A DNA stretch of 64,000 bases from the NCBI RefSeq assembly GCF_963921235.1, contig NC_086118.1:12402001-12466000 (forward strand), in the 5' to 3' direction. This document shows positions 47,735-62,198 of this stretch, in pieces (the stretch's first letter is position 1; each line of letters starts with the position of its first letter). This DNA comes from Mobula hypostoma (lineage: Eukaryota). The notes beneath the pieces were generated by a model, which worked only from the letters and a program-made list of their open reading frames with translations, was not told where the DNA came from and ran no database searches. Both the position numbers and the translations under genes were made by a program.

Positions 47735-50487
47735 AACTTAAGCCTAATTTAATATAATTGCAAGAAATAAATAAAATAAATGAACTAGAATTATACACAA
47801 GTGCATGTAAGTATGATACAATAGCAATAACTGAAATCTGGCTGACCTCAGTAGATGGTGAAGAATATAGTATTAAAGGATATACTTTACTTAGGAAAGA
47901 TAGGCAAAATTGTAAAGGAAGAGTAGCCATATACATAAGAGAGAATTTAAGTATGAGGCTGCTTATGATAGCAGATGAATTGAGGCAGTGAAGATATCTG
48001 GGTGGAAATTGAAAGCTATAAGGATAAAGGAATAACATTGAATGAATGTTATAGATCCCCTAATGATGATAGTGATTTTAATATGCAACTTTATCAGAAT
48101 ATTGGAAAAGCTGATGTTATCGTAATGGGAGACTTTAATTTCTCAAATACTGAGTGGGAGAACCCAATGACTAATGGATTACAGGAAAGTGAATTCCTTG
48201 AGTTATTGAGAGATTGCTTTTGATCCAGTATGTAAATGCACCAACAAGACGTTTTCTAGATTTGATATTCCGTAATAATCAGGATAGAACTTAGAGTACA
48301 GAAATGGTGAGTCTTTAGGAACAAGCAATCATAATATTGTTAGTCTCATAGTTTATTGGGAGAGTATATCAGTAAAAAGTAAAGCCATTAAATTGTATTT
48401 CAGAAAGGCCAATTTTGTGCAGATTCAACAAAGATTTCAGAAGTTAAACTGGAAGGAACTGCTTGACGTTGAGTCAGTTGAGGAACAATGGAGTCGATTT
48501 AAAGAAAATTGTTCAGTGCAGTGCAGGAATTGTTCTTAACCAAGATTGGGAGAAGCAATAAAAACAATAGACTAAGTACATCGATGAATAAAGATATACA
48601 TAAAAATATTGAAGAAAAGACAGCTATATAAGCACTACAGAAAAAATAGTAGTGACATTAAATGTAGGGCATATGAAAATCTGAGAGCTAAAGTCAAAAG
48701 GGAAATTTGGGTTGCTAAAAGGCAGGTTGAGAAGGATATTGCTGATAATGTTAAGATTGACCCTAAGCGATGATTTTAATACTTTGGTAGTAAAAGAAAA
48801 GTCAAGGAGGAAGTTGGGTGTATTAGAAATAGTAGTGAGTTGATCAGTTATGCAGAGGAGGACATTTTGAATGCTCTTAACTTATATTTTGCTGAAGTAT
48901 TCACCTGTTAGCAATATGCCAGTAGTGAGGTCCTCCTTCAGCTGAAAAGGCTAGAAGTTAATAAATCTCCAGAGACAGCCAATATATATACAAGGGTACT
49001 TAAAGAGTTCTGTGATTACATATACAAACCCCTCTCATGTATTTTTCAAAAGTCTGTGAAGACTGGTGAAATCCCTTAGGACTGGAAATGGGCTACCATT
49101 GTCCTGGTAGATTGGAAGGGTGACCACACTGACCCTGGTAACTATAGACCAGCAAGCTAACTTGTATTGTAGGTAAGATAATGGAAACACTAATAAAGAA
49201 TGAGATGGAAAGCAGACGATAAGAACAGGCATGTTAGCAGAAAGCCAGCATGGGTTCAGAAAGGAAAAATCAAGTGAGCCCTGAAATATGCTGAATTTAC
49301 TAATATGCTGACGTTCTATGAAGAGGCAACTAAAATTTATGTTAACAATAAAGTGGTTGATATAATTTACCTGGACTTTCAGAAGGCTTTTGACAAGGTA
49401 CCCCACCACAGATTAATAATCAAGTTACAGCAGGTAGGGTTACAGTGTAAGGTGTGAAAATGGGTGCAGAATTGGCTCAAACACAGAAAACTATGATGAG
49501 AGGATCATTTTCACACCTAGAAGTGTTAGAAGTGGAGTTCTATATAGATCAGTTTTGGGACCACTGCTGTTTTTAATTTACATTAATGATTTGTATAAGC
49601 ACTCAACAAATAAACTAGCAAAGTTTGTAGATGACACAAAATTAGGAGGACAGACTGATAACACTCAGGCAGCAGAACCAATACAGTTGGATCTAAACAA
49701 AATTCAGATATGGGCAGATAAATGGCAGATGAAATTTAATGGAAGTAAATGTAAAATAATACATATAGGAAGTCGAAATATTAGATATAAATATACAACA
49801 TGGGGGGGGGGAGTTGAGTTAGAAAGTGCACTATATTAGACGGATCTGGGCACCCTGGTAGATTCACCACTATCAACACCTAAACAATGCACAGAAGCAA
49901 TCAGGAAGGCTAATGTTTGGCTATATAATACGCTCAGTGGAGTTCAAGTCTAGGGATGTTCCTTTTGTTCCTGTATCATGTGCTTGTGAGGCCACACCTT
50001 GAGTACTGTGTACAATTTTGGTCTCCATATTTTGTGAGTGATGTGAAGGCGCTAGAGTGAGCTTAGAGAATGGCAATGAGACTAATTCCAGGTCTGCAGG
50101 GTCTGAAGAAAGACTGAAATAATTAAATCTTTTTAGCCTAAATAGAGGTAGAATGAGAGGACAAATGATAGAAGTGTTACATTGTTAAGGGTATAAGTAA
50201 AGTGGATGCCAGCTGCTACTTCAAAATTAATCCATCAATGAGGACACAGGACTATAGGTAGAGACTGGTTAGGGGGAGATTTCAGACTAACATGAGGAAG
50301 CATTTCTTTACACAGCAGGTTGTGGACACATGGAATGAACCACCTAGTTGTGCAGTTGAGAGTAGTACCTGAGAGACTTTCTAATCTAAACTTAATAGTT
50401 ATTTCAACACACTATGTGAACAGGAACTTGGCAAGCATTGTTGGGCTGAATGGCCTGCTCATGTCAAAAATTATCTAATGTTCTAAT
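47735..50487 (+). mobile_element. AT-rich decayed CR1 (family C) ORF2, EN through RT, with tail
   Basis: AITEIWL (47758 ORF), CYRSPN..VMGDFN (48002 ORF), GPLLFLIYINDL..KFVDDTKLGG (49555 ORF), 3' UTR GGGCTGAATGGCCTG and CTAATGTTCTAA tail. Confidence 0.88.
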
Positions 50488-51059
50488 AAAGTAGATAGCG
50501 CAAATAAACCACACAAAATACTACATAGCAAGTCACAAAAATTTCCACAAAGATTTCTGCAAGGTACAAAGATTTTGAGGCTCACGATTCTTAGTCACCA
50601 CTTGATTGTTGCTGTTGTCCGGGTAACTCCGAATTCCGACTTGTGAAACCGCCCCTGGGTCCTAGGCACTGATTATGATCTCCAGTGCCAGTTGAAGTCC
50701 AGTGAAACTGGGAAAGGCACCCCAATAAATACAAGTTTCTCAAGCGCAGAGACCTGCAGAGACCCGCAGAGAAACTCTTTGATCCTACATTAGCTAAGCC
50801 TGTTCACACAAAACAGCACAGTCCTCATAAATCAATCAGACATTTTAATTGTCACTCTATATCTATTAGTACCCCAGTGTTTTGGACACAACATTCCTCA
50901 AGGCTTTTAAAATAACGTTAATGTCTATACACATAAAGAATAAGCTTGAATGAAGAGACTAAGAAAGAATTCAACAATCCAGCTCTCAAAGTGACCACCA
51001 GAGCTTTAGTCACTAACAGACATTAAAAAACCTACAGTGTTTCCATTGTACAGATACTT

Positions 51060-51276
51060 CAAAGTTTAAAGTTTATAGTTCAAAGTTCAATGTCAATGTA
51101 TTATCAAGGTACATATATATCTCCACATACAACCTTGAGATTCATTTTCTTCTGGGCATATTCAACAAATCTATAATAGAGTAATAAGCGTAATAGAATC
51201 AGTAAAAGACTGCACCAACTTGGACATTCATCCAGTGTGCAAAAGACAACAAACTGTGCAAATACAAAAAGAAAGC

Positions 51277-51321
<45 letters not shown>

Positions 51322-52230
51322 AATAAATAAATAAGCAATAAATATCATAAGATGAACAGTCCTTGAAAATGAGTCCATAGGTTTTGAGAATATTTCACTA
51401 ATGGGCATGTGAAGTTGAGTGAAGTTATCCTCTTTGCTTCAAGAGCCTGATGTTTAAGGGGTAATAACTGTTCCTGAACCTGGTGGTGTGAGTCCTAAGG
51501 CTCCTGTACCTTCTTCCAGATAGCATGAGCAAGAAGACAGCATGACCTGCATGGTGGGTCTTGTGATGCTTCTTGTAGATGTTCTCAATGGTGGGGAGGT
51601 CTTTACCAGTGACAGACTAGGGCGCACCTATTACTTTTTGTAGGATTTTCCATTCAAGGGCATCGGTGCTTCCATACCAGAGTGTGATGTGGCCAGTCAA
51701 TATTCTCTCCACCACACAGCTTTAGAGCTTGTCAAAGTTTTAGACGTCATGCTGAATCTTTGCAATCTGCTAAGGAAGTAGAAGTGCTGCCCTGCTTTCT
51801 TCCTAATTGCATTTATGATTCTCTGGCGAGGACTGGCTCATGGACCTCTTGTTTCCCCATCCTGAAGTCAATAATCAGCTCCTTGGTCTTGCTGACATTG
51901 AACGAGAGGTTGTTGTTATGGCTCTACTCAGCCAGATTTTTAATCATCCTCCTCTATCCTGATTCATCGCCACCTTTGATTTGGCATTCAAGCTTGGTGT
52001 CATTAACAAGCTTGAATTTGCATTGGAGCTGTGTTTAGCCACACAGTCATTAGTGTAAAATGAGTAGAGCAGGGGCTAAGCACAGAGCCTTACGGTGCAG
52101 TTGTGCTGATGGAGATCAAGGAGGAGATGTTGTTGCCAATCCAACTGACTAGGGTCTGCAAATGAGGAAATTGAGGATCCAATTGCACAGGGAGGCTTTG
52201 AGGCCAAGATCTTGAAACTTAATGATTAAT
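51060..52230 (-). mobile_element. Decayed Rex1/Babar-type LINE 3' half
   Basis: Minus-strand CNWILNF, NVSKTKELIIDFR motifs, with tail at ~51060-51090. Confidence 0.8.
51279..51334. repeat. (TAA)n/(TAAA)n microsatellite within LINE 3' UTR
   Basis: Directly visible. Confidence 0.95.
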
Positions 52231-52681
52231 TTTTTACAAACATTACTCGTTTAGAGACCCCACATGCTACAAGATCAGAAAGAGCTAAATTGTTATTTTG
52301 ACCCTCCAGACATTCAATAAATGTTTTACAAATTTCATTATGACACAAGAGAATGCAAGTCATGCTTAAGAAGTCTGTAGATGATTCAGTAATTGCTGTG
52401 GGTTGGATAATGCCAAAGAGAGAAGCTTAAATTGGGGTTACTGAATTCAGTACTTCTGGAGGAAATTAAAAATAAAATTCAGAAAGTAAATAGAGAATAA
52501 TATAAGGTTAGAATATTTTTCAGCGAATGGAAACGAATCTGTGAATAATTAAATATGCTTGTGTGTGTATGTGAGAGAGAAGTAGGGGAAGAAAATAGAA
52601 ATGTTTGGAATCTTCAAATGTTTGTAAGTAGATGGGATTGAATGAATCCTACACTTTGGAATAGATGGACATCAGTTAAAG

Positions 52682-53908
52682 CAGGGGTCCCCAAGCTTTT
52701 TTTGCAACGCAGACCGGTTTATTATTAACAATATTCTTGCGGACCGGCCAACCCGGGGGTGGGGGAGGTAGGGTAGGGTTGCCAAAGGACAAGAGTAGCA
52801 GTCAAATACATTGTGTTTACCACGAGAAAGACTACAATGACCATGAAGCCCAGCGCGGGCACCAGTGTGCATGCGTGTACGTGCCGATTTTTTTCCCACA
52901 AATTGTTTTTGACGATTCTGTTCAGGGTGGGGGAGGGTGTTAATCACGACCAGAATATTGGTGATAAGTGGCTAATACACTCAATTTCATTTCTAAAAGG
53001 CTTTATCTAATGAATTTAATATTAAACACTCCGCGCATATTTTCCTTGCATGAAAATAGTGATAAGTCAATTATCAGGGGAGGACAGGTGAGCTTGAAGT
53101 AAGTGTTGAACAAACTTCCAGTAGAAGTGGTAGAGCCAGGTTCTATATTATCATTTAAAGAAAAAATGGATAGGTATATGGAAAGGAAAGGAATAGAGGG
53201 TTATGGGCTGAGTGCGGGTCGGTGGGTCTAGGTGAGAGTAGCATTCGGCACGGACTAGGAGGGCAGAGATGGCCTGTTTCCATGCTGTAATTGGTATATG
53301 GTTATATAAGTCACTTATAAGTCAATAGCATCATAATATTTTAAGTAACATTTGGATATTAAACACACAGAACATATTTTCCTCGTATGAACATATAAAA
53401 TCATTGCAACACACCAGTATCACTGCATCAGTGGGAGCCCTGGGCTGAATACTTGTTCCCTGCAACGAGACGGTGCCATCGAGGGGTGATGGGAGACAGC
53501 GATACTCGAAGGGGGTTCCTTATGTCCAGTCTATTCTGCAATTTAGCTTTCGTTGCATTCATTGCAGAGTTATGTTGGAAATGGAAGCAACGTTTTCAGA
53601 GCTTTCGTGGCTACCTCAGGATATTTAGCCTTGACTTTGATCCAGAGTGCCGGCATAGATGTTATGTCAAACATACTTTTCAGCCTGTCGTCATTTGTAA
53701 GCTCGAGGAGTTGATCTCCTTCCCGCGCTGATACGGATGATGCGTGCGTAATGACCTCGCATGCGTTCAAGCTCAACAGTGTGCGTGACAAGGAATGAGG
53801 AAAAGTGCAGCTGACTCATATCGCCAAATCATAACGTTTCCTCGTGTCCCGGTAGCACATGCTTTGCGGCCCGGTATCGATCCGTGGCCCGGTGGTTGGG
53901 GACTGCTG
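52682..53908 (-). mobile_element. Non-autonomous hAT element, copy 2 (same structure as 2125-3353)
   Basis: TIRs CAGGGGTCCCC / GGGGACTGCTG. Perfect 8-bp TSD AGTTAAAG (52674-52681, 53909-53916). ORF 53570..53791(-) is the hAT dimerisation remnant. Same CR1 insert at ~53071-53310. Confidence 0.93.
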
Positions 53909-54884
53909 AGTTAAAGAGAGTTGCAACATGGAGAGAGTCTGGGAAGAAGAACAGGCAGTTGATAGGGCAAAAGTGCAGTCAGTGTGATGGGTTGAAGTGT
54001 GCCAATTTTACTGCATCAAGTATTAGGAACAAAGATGATGAACTGAGAGCATGGGTCAGTATATGGAACTATGAAGTCGTGGCCTTTGCAGAGTGCTGTC
54101 ACAAGAATAGGAATGGCTGCTGCATGTTCCAGGGGGTTTAGATGTTTGAAGAAGAACAAGAAGGGAGATAAAAGAGATGGGTGAATGGCATTGCTAATCA
54201 GGGATATTATCACAGCTGCAGAAAAGGAAGATGCTGTAGAGTCAGTTCAAGAGTTCAAAGTACATTTATTATCAAAATATGCATACCATTTACAATCTTG
54301 AGATTTGTCTTCTTACAAGCAGCCACAAAGCAAGGAAACCCAATAGGATCAATTAAGAAAAAGATGACCAGCAAGCACCCAAAATGCAGAGAAAAAAATT
54401 GTGCGAACAATAAAAGTAAGCAAACAGCATTCAGAGCTGAAGTTCATGAAAGTGAGTCCAATTGCATGAACCAACTGATCCTAGCAGCCTAGCAGCCCAT
54501 TAGATTCAAGCCACAACATCAGTTCAGCACAGAGATAAGTAAACCTCGTCAAGCAGTGAGCTGAATCAGCCATCCCTCCCTTGACTTTGGCCCCAAGACC
54601 CTGACCTTTTCAGTCTGGCCCAGCACTTAAATCGTCGAAACCGCCGGCCGTTCCTTGCTTTGGCGCCTGGGCCCTGCCACCTTGATTTAGCCCGCACCCA
54701 ACCATTCCAAGTTAGCCCAGTGCTTAAATTGATCAAACCTTGGGTCTTTCCTCACTCTCAGGACCTAGCTCTACCTGGACTCTGTCTCGCTTTGGTTTTG
54801 CCACATCTATTTGCCTTCAAGTCCACTCCAGCAATGGTCAGACATTGGCTCATTCCCCACTCTCATGCAGGGGCCAGGCCACAC

Positions 54885-55510
54885 ACACACTAAATGCTGC
54901 TGGAACTCAGCAGGCCAGGCAGCATCTATGGAAAAAAGTACAGGTGATGTTTTTGCCGAAACCCTTCGGCAGGACTGGAGGGAAAAAGCTGAGGAGTAGA
55001 TTTGAAAGGGCAGTGAGGGGAGAGAGAAACACCAGCTGATAAGTGAAACTTGGAAGGGAAGGGATGAAGCAAAGAGCTAGGAGGTTGATTGGTGAAAGAG
55101 ATAGAAGGCCATGGAAGATAGAAGAAGTGGGGGGTGGGGGAAAGCACCAGAGGGAGGTGATGGGCGGGCAAGGAGATAACATGAGAGAGGGACAAGGGGA
55201 TGGGAAATGGTGAGGGTGAGTGTTGGAGGCATTACTGAAAGTTTGAGAAATCAATGTTCATGCCATCAGGTTGGAGGCTACCCAAACGGAATATAAGGTG
55301 ACGTCCATCTATGGCCTCCTCCACTTATCCCGACAGTGGAGGAAGCCATGGATGGACATATCAGAATGGGACTGGGAAGTGGAATTAAAATGGGTGGTCA
55401 CTGGGAGATCCCGCTTGTTCTGGCGGAGGAAGCATAGATGCTCGTCGAAACGGTCTCCCAATCTACATTGGGTCTCATCGATATACAAGAGGCCACACTG
55501 GGAGCATCTT
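54885..55510 (-). mobile_element. Penelope-like element fragment with GIY-YIG remnant
   Basis: ORF 55309..55602(-) RCSQCGLLYIDETQCRLGDRFDEHL...HFNS. Terminal sequence shared with other PLE copies. Confidence 0.85.
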
Positions 55511-56620
55511 GATTCAGCCCATACACGCCATGCCGCAACCCTCCTGTACCTTCGAGACTTCAGTTGACACCATAATAATACCAGGTTGTTCAGGTGGTTC
55601 AAAAGCTGAACTCTGAAAGGGACATTACAGGCTATTGATTGCAGTGATCACTTACCAGAAAATATGTGAGTAATAAAGTAGTTGGTAATTGATTTTCTTT
55701 CTTTTGTTTACCACCAGCAAGTAGCCATTGGGCTTCACCAGCGCCATCTTAAATAGAAGATGGAAGTCTGGGTTGATGTCAGAAACAGGAAGGAGGCAAT
55801 CATGCTTTTGGGAGAATTCTACACTGCAGACTGTCCAATAGCATTAGAGACAGTGAGGAACAGATCAGGAAGCAGATTTTGTAAAAGTGCAAGAGTAACA
55901 GTGATTTTGTCATGTGGGACTTCAACTTCCTGCATATTGATCGGCATCTCCTTAGTGCAAAAAGCTTGGATGGGGCAAATTTGTTAGGTCTGTCGAGGAA
56001 AGATTCCTGACTCAATATGTAGACTGACTGACTATTGGAAAGGCCATATTGAATGCTAGGCAATGAACCAGGTTAGGTGTCAGATTTCTCAGTGGGAGAG
56101 CATTTTGGAGATAGTGGCCAGAACTCCCTGACCTTTACTCTAGCTTTGGAGAGGGACAGGAGCAGATGTATTGGGGAAGTGTTTAAATAGAGGAGGGTGG
56201 ATTTTAACGCTATTAGGCATGAACTGGCGAGCATAAATTGGAAACGTACTCAGGGAAATGCACAACAGTAATGCGAAGGCTGTTTAGGGAGCACCTTCTG
56301 GGAGTTCTGGATAGGTTTGTCCCATTGAGGCCGGGAAAGGATGGTAAAGTGAAGAAACCATGGTTGACAAGAGATGTGAAACACCCAGTCTAGAGGAAGA
56401 AAGAAGCTTAAATTTAGGAAGCAAGCATCAGGCAGGACTCTAAAGAGTTAATGGGTAGCCAGGAAGGAGCTTAAGAAAGAGCTTAGGAGAGCAAGAAGAG
56501 AGAATGAGAATGCCTTGGTGAGTAGGATTAAGAAAAGCTGCAAACATGTATGTGAAGAAAAGGAGGATGGCCAGAGTGAGGGTATCACTTACCAACGTTT
56601 TATGGAAGAAACATATGCCT

Positions 56621-59600
56621 GATCTCCTAGAAGGTGCCTGTGAACCACGGAAGTATGTTATAGACTGATTATAAAACTTCTAAATATACCTCTTCTGAAT
56701 TACTCTCACTGCAATCTGCAGACTGTAATCTCTCTTCAGGTAATGTACTTTAGAACTGGCTTAATGAACTAATCTTCAGAAGGACTTGGTGTACTTAACT
56801 CTCATGTATGCAGGTATAGAAACATAGAAACATAGAAAATAGGTGCAGGAGTAGGCCATTCGGCCCTTCGAGCCTGCATCGCCATTTATTATGATCATGG
56901 CTGATCATCCAACTCAGAACCCCGCCCCAGCCTTCCCTCCATACCCCCTGACCCCTGTAGCCACAAGGGCCATATCTAACTCCCTCTTAAACATAGCCAA
57001 TGAACTGGCCTCAACAGTTTCCTGTGGCAGAGAATTCCACAGATTCACCACTCTCTGTGTGAAGAGGTTTTTCTTAATCTCGGTCCTAAAAGGCTTCCCC
57101 TCTATCCTCAAACTGTGACCCCTCGTTCTGGACTTCCCCAACATCGGGAACAATCTTCCTGCATCTAGCCTGTCCAATCCCTTTAGGATCTTATACGTTT
57201 CAATCAGATCCCCCCTCAATCTTCTAAATTCCAACGAGTACAAGCCCAGTTCATCCAGTCTTTCTTCATATGAAAGTCCTGCCATCCCAGGAATCAATCT
57301 GGTGAACCTTCTTTGTACTCCCTCTATGGCAAAGATGTCTTTCCTCAGATTAGGGGACCAAAACTGCACACAATACTCCAGGTGTGGTCTCACCAAGGCC
57401 TTGTACAACTGCAGTAGTACCTCCCTGCTCCTGTACTCGAATCCTCTCGCTATAAATGCCAGCATACCATTCGCCTTTTTCACCACCTGCTGTACCTGCA
57501 TGCCCACTTTCAATGACTGGTGTATAATGACACCCAGGTCTCGTTGCACCTCCCCTTTTCCTAATCGGCCACCATTCAGATAATAATCTGTTTTCCTATT
57601 TTTGCCACCAAAGTGGATAACTTCACATTTATCCACATTAAATTGCATCTGCCATGAGTTTGCCCACTCACCCAACCTATCCAAGTCACCCTGCATCCTC
57701 TTAGCATCCTCCTCACTGCTAACACTGCCACCCAGCTTCGTGTCATCCGTAAACTTGGAGATGCTGCATTTAATTCCCTCATCCAAGTCATTAATATATA
57801 TTGTAAACAACTGGGGTCCCAGCACTGAGCCTTGCGGTACCCCACTAGTCACCGCTATGGCACCTTTAATCAGATGAAGGTACATTGACTTGGATGGAAG
57901 AGAAGGAGGACGTGAGGATTTCAAGCTAGACTGAAATCCTAAACAATGTAAGTTCCTCTATCCAGCATCTTGCTAACAAATGTACAGTCACTGGAAAACA
58001 TGATTGAGGACCTAAGGGCAAGATTGCTATATCAGAGGGAAATGAGGAATTGCTGTGTTCTATGCTTTACAGAGACATGGCTCTCTCCAGATATGCTGGA
58101 TACGTCAGTAAGAACTGAGGGGTTCTTGTTAAATAGGATAGATCGAATTGCTGATTCGGAGAAAGCAAATGGTAGGGATCTCTGTTTCCTGAGAAACTCT
58201 ATATGGTATTTGGATGTGGTGGTCTTGTTGCACTCTTGTTCTCCCAGTCTGGAATATGTAATAATTAAGTACCAATCCTTCTACTTGCCAACAGAGTTCT
58301 CCAATGTGTTCCTGACCATAGTTTACATACCGCCAAAAGCTGGTGTTAATCACACACTTGAGATATTGAACGCTGCCATCACCAAACAAGAAACAGCCCA
58401 CTTCAACACATTTTAAATCATATTTGGAGACTTAAATCAGACTTGTTTGAAGAAATCTCTGCTCATTGATCATTAGCATATAACCTATAGCACCAGGGGA
58501 CCCAACACACTAACAAGGAACAGAGAGATGTCACCTTTCTCTGTGAAATAGATGACATCTCTCTGTCCATTGTTAGTGAAAGAGAGCCTGTGGCATTTTG
58601 AGCTGACAGGTAAAAAACAGCTTTTGTTGACAGTAGATGGTAGTCTCTCTTTGGGGGCTTTGCTGCTCCTTGGTGGGTGGTGGGCACTCATGCTTTTTGC
58701 TGAAATGGGTTGTGAGAGTAAGGGGGAGGTTGACACTTGCTGCTGGTTGTACGGGGGAGAGGAGAGAGAGTGCTTTGGGAGTCTAACACTTTTCTGTCGT
58801 TAATTCTTTTGGGTTTTTCTGATTTTCATGGATGTCTGCAAAGACTAAGTATTTCAGGTTATATACTGTATACATTCTCTGATAATAAACAGAACGATTG
58901 AAGCATTGAACATTCAACCACTATGATAAGGAATGCTCACCATTCCATGCATTTAGAGAAATCAGATCACTTGGCTGTCCTTCTCCTTCCTGCGTAAAGG
59001 CAAAAGCCAAAGAGCAAAGCTTCAGAGATTAGGATACAGAGAGGTAGTTGTGGAAGGCAGTGGAGAACCTATGGGATTGATTGGAGTCAGTGGACTAGAC
59101 CATGTTAAAAAAACTCATCAGATGATCTGCCTGAATACCTCACAGTTGTCATGGACTTTATAAAACCAGTCGTAAATGAGTGCTTCCCTACAAAATCTTT
59201 CAGTCTTTCCCAATCAAAAGCCCTGAATGAACCATGAGATCCACAATCTGTGACGGTCAGACCAGTGGCATTCAGTTCTGGGAACCAAATAAGATGGAAG
59301 AGGTCCAGGTATGATCTCTGGAAAGTCATCTCACATACCAAGTGGAAATTTCCGACCAAATGTGAATCACTGAAGGATGTTCAACAGCTGTGGTAGGGCT
59401 TGAATACTAGTACCTCCTGTTCAGTAAAACCAAACGACATATTTGATAAGGGTGACAACAAGGCTTCACAACCAGATGAGCTCAATGCCTTCTTTGTGAT
59501 TTTATTCTCCAAGACTGACGAGAGAGCATACTTCTGGAGTGTGAACCCGTGGAAAACATCCAGTCCAGAAAGTTTACCTGACTGTGTACTAAATACCTGT

Positions 59601-61120
59601 GCTGATCAATTGGCTGGAGCATTTATCGATATCCTTAACCTCTTGCTTTGGCAGTCTGAGGTACCCAACACCTACTTTAGGAAGGCTTCCACTATAATGG
59701 AGCCGAAGAAGAATTTCGGGGCCTTCTGCTCCGGAGATTCCGGTTACCACACAGTAGCAGTGGCAACGAAACAAGCATTTCAGAAGTTTTCCTGATGTTC
59801 CTCCGTGCTTTCACGTCTGTCTTCATCAAATCAGAATTGTGCACGGTTCCCGACTTGACAGATAACAGACATCACCACTGAAGTGGCCGCGCGCTGCCGT
59901 CACAGCGCCATCTTCTCTTCCCTTTATCGGCATTCAATACTATCTTCCCCTCAAAGCTATTCAATAACCTTCAAGACCTTCACCTCAATACTTCCCTGTG
60001 TAATTGGATTTTGATTTCCTCACTTGCAGAGTCCACTCTGTTCAGATTGGCAACAACATCTCTACAATCTCAGTCAGCACAGGTGAATCACAAGGCTGTG
60101 TGCTTAGCTCCCTACTCTACTCACTTTATGATCATGAGGCTTCAATGTCATATTTAAATTTGCTGATGACACCAATCTCATTGGCCAAATCAAAAGTGGT
60201 GGTGAATCAGCATACAGGAGGGAGATTAAAAATCTGGCTGAATGGTCCCATAATAACAAACCTCTCACTTAGTGTCATGAAGACTGAGGAGCAAATTATT
60301 GACTTTAGGAGGAGGAAACCAGAGGTCCATGATCCAGTTCTCAATGGGAGATCAGAGATGGAGAGGTTCAGCAACTTTAAATTCCTCAGTATTCTTATTT
60401 CAGAGAATCTTTCCTGAGCTCAGAATATATGTGCAATTACAAAGAAAGCACAACAGAACCTGTGGATCCTTAGAAGTTTCCAAAGATTTGGCATGACATC
60501 TAAAATTTTGACAAACTTCTATAGCTGTGTGGTGGAAAGCATAATGGCAGGTTGCATCACAACCTGGTATGGAAGCACCAATGCTGTTGAATGGAAAATC
60601 CTACAAGAAGTACTGGATATGGCTCAGTCCATCATGGATAAAGCCTTCCCACCATTACGCACATTTACAGTAAAGCAGAATCTATCATCAAGGACCCCAT
60701 CACCTACGCCACACTGTCCTCTCGCTGCAGCCACCAGGAAGAAGGTATCCAGACCACCAGTTTCAGGAACGGTTATTGCCCCTCAACCATCAGGTTCTTG
60801 AACTAGTGGGGCTAACTTCACTCAACTTCCCTCACCCCATCACTGAACAGTTGCCACAAATATAGACTCACTTTCAAGGACTCTTCATCTCATGCTCTTG
60901 GTATTTATTGCTTATTTATTTATTTGTTTCTTATTTATATTTGCACAGTTTGTTCCCACTGGCACCTTCACAGTTTGTCCATCCTGCTGGGTGTGGTCTT
61001 TCGTTAATTCGCTTGTGTTTCTTGGATTTACTGTGTATGCCTGCAAGAAGCTGAATCTCTGGTTTGTAGATGGTGACATATATGTACTTTGATAATTAAC
61101 TTACATTAAGCTTTGAACTT
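56621..61120 (+). mobile_element. Near-full-length but decayed Rex1/Babar-type LINE (EN+RT) carrying three insertions
   Basis: EN: LTNVQSLEN...CVLCFTETWLS (57970 ORF). RT: CADQLAGAFIDI, QGCVLSSLLYSLY, KTEEQIIDFRR. 3' UTR and tail to ~61120. Inserts: CR1-B 56816-57852, SINE-like ~58510-58915, GC-rich ~59713-59920. Confidence 0.82.
56816..57852 (-). mobile_element. Young CR1 (family B) 3' fragment
   Basis: ORF 56914..57924(-) is nearly identical to the C-terminal third of ORF 38245..40296, with (TTTCTATG)n tail. Confidence 0.95.
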
Positions 61121-61197
61121 TGGAGTCAGAGGAGGTAGTGGAGATCTTTAATGAATACTTTCCTTCAGTATTCACCTGTGAGAGGGTCCTTGACAAT

Positions 61198-62198
61198 AGT
61201 CATAGTCATAGTCATACTTTATTGATCCCAGGGGGAAATTGGTTTTCATTACAGTTGCACCATAAATAATAAATAGTAATAGAACCATAAATAGTTAAAT
61301 AGTAATATGTAAATTATGCCAGTGAATTATGAAATAAGTCCAGGACCAGCCTATCAGCTCAGGGTGTCTGACCCTCCAAGGGAGGAGTTGTAAAGTTTGA
61401 TGGCCACAGGCAGGAATGACTTCCTATGACGCTCTGTGCTGCATCTCGGTGGAATGAGTCTCTGGCTGAATGTACTCCTGTGCCCACCCAGTACATTATG
61501 TAGTGGATGGGAGACATTGCCCAAGATGGCATACAACTTAGACAGCATCCTCTTTTCAGACACCACAGTGAGAAAGTCCAGTTCCATCCCCACAACATCA
61601 CTGGCCTTACGAATGAGTTTGTTGATTCTGTTGGTGTCTGCTACCGTCAGCCTGCTGCCCCAGCACACAACAGCAAACATGATAGCACTGGCCACCACAG
61701 ACTCGTAGAACATCCTCAGCATCGTCCGGCAGATGTTAAAGGACCTCAGTCTCCTCAGGAAATAGAGATGGCTCTGACCCTTCTTGTAGACAGCCTCAGT
61801 GTTCTTAGACCAGTCCAGTTTATTGTCAATTCGTATCCCCAGGTATTTGTAATCCTCCACCATGTCCACACTGACCCCCTGGATGGAAACAGGGGTCACT
61901 GGTACCTTAGCTCTCCTCAGGTCTACCACCAGCTCCTTAGTCTTTTTCACATTAAGCTGCAGATAATTCTGCTCACACCATGTGACAAAGTTTCCTACCG
62001 TAGCCCTGTACTCAACCTCATCTCCCTTGCTGATGCATCCAACTATGGCAGAGTCATCCGAAAACTTCTGAAGATGACAAGACTCTGTGCAGTAGTTGAA
62101 GTCCGGAGTGTAAATGGTGAAGAGAAAAGGAGACAAGACAGTCCCCTGTGGAGCCCCAGTGCTGCTGATCAGTCTGTCAGACACACAGTGTTGCAAGC
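61198..62198 (-). mobile_element. Young Rex1/Babar-type LINE, 5'-truncated (copy 3 of 3)
   Basis: Open RT frame GAPQGTVLSPFLF...FSDD...KKTKELVVDLRR, (CTATGA)n tail, TSD-like ACAAT at 61193-61197 and 62199-62203. Confidence 0.93.
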
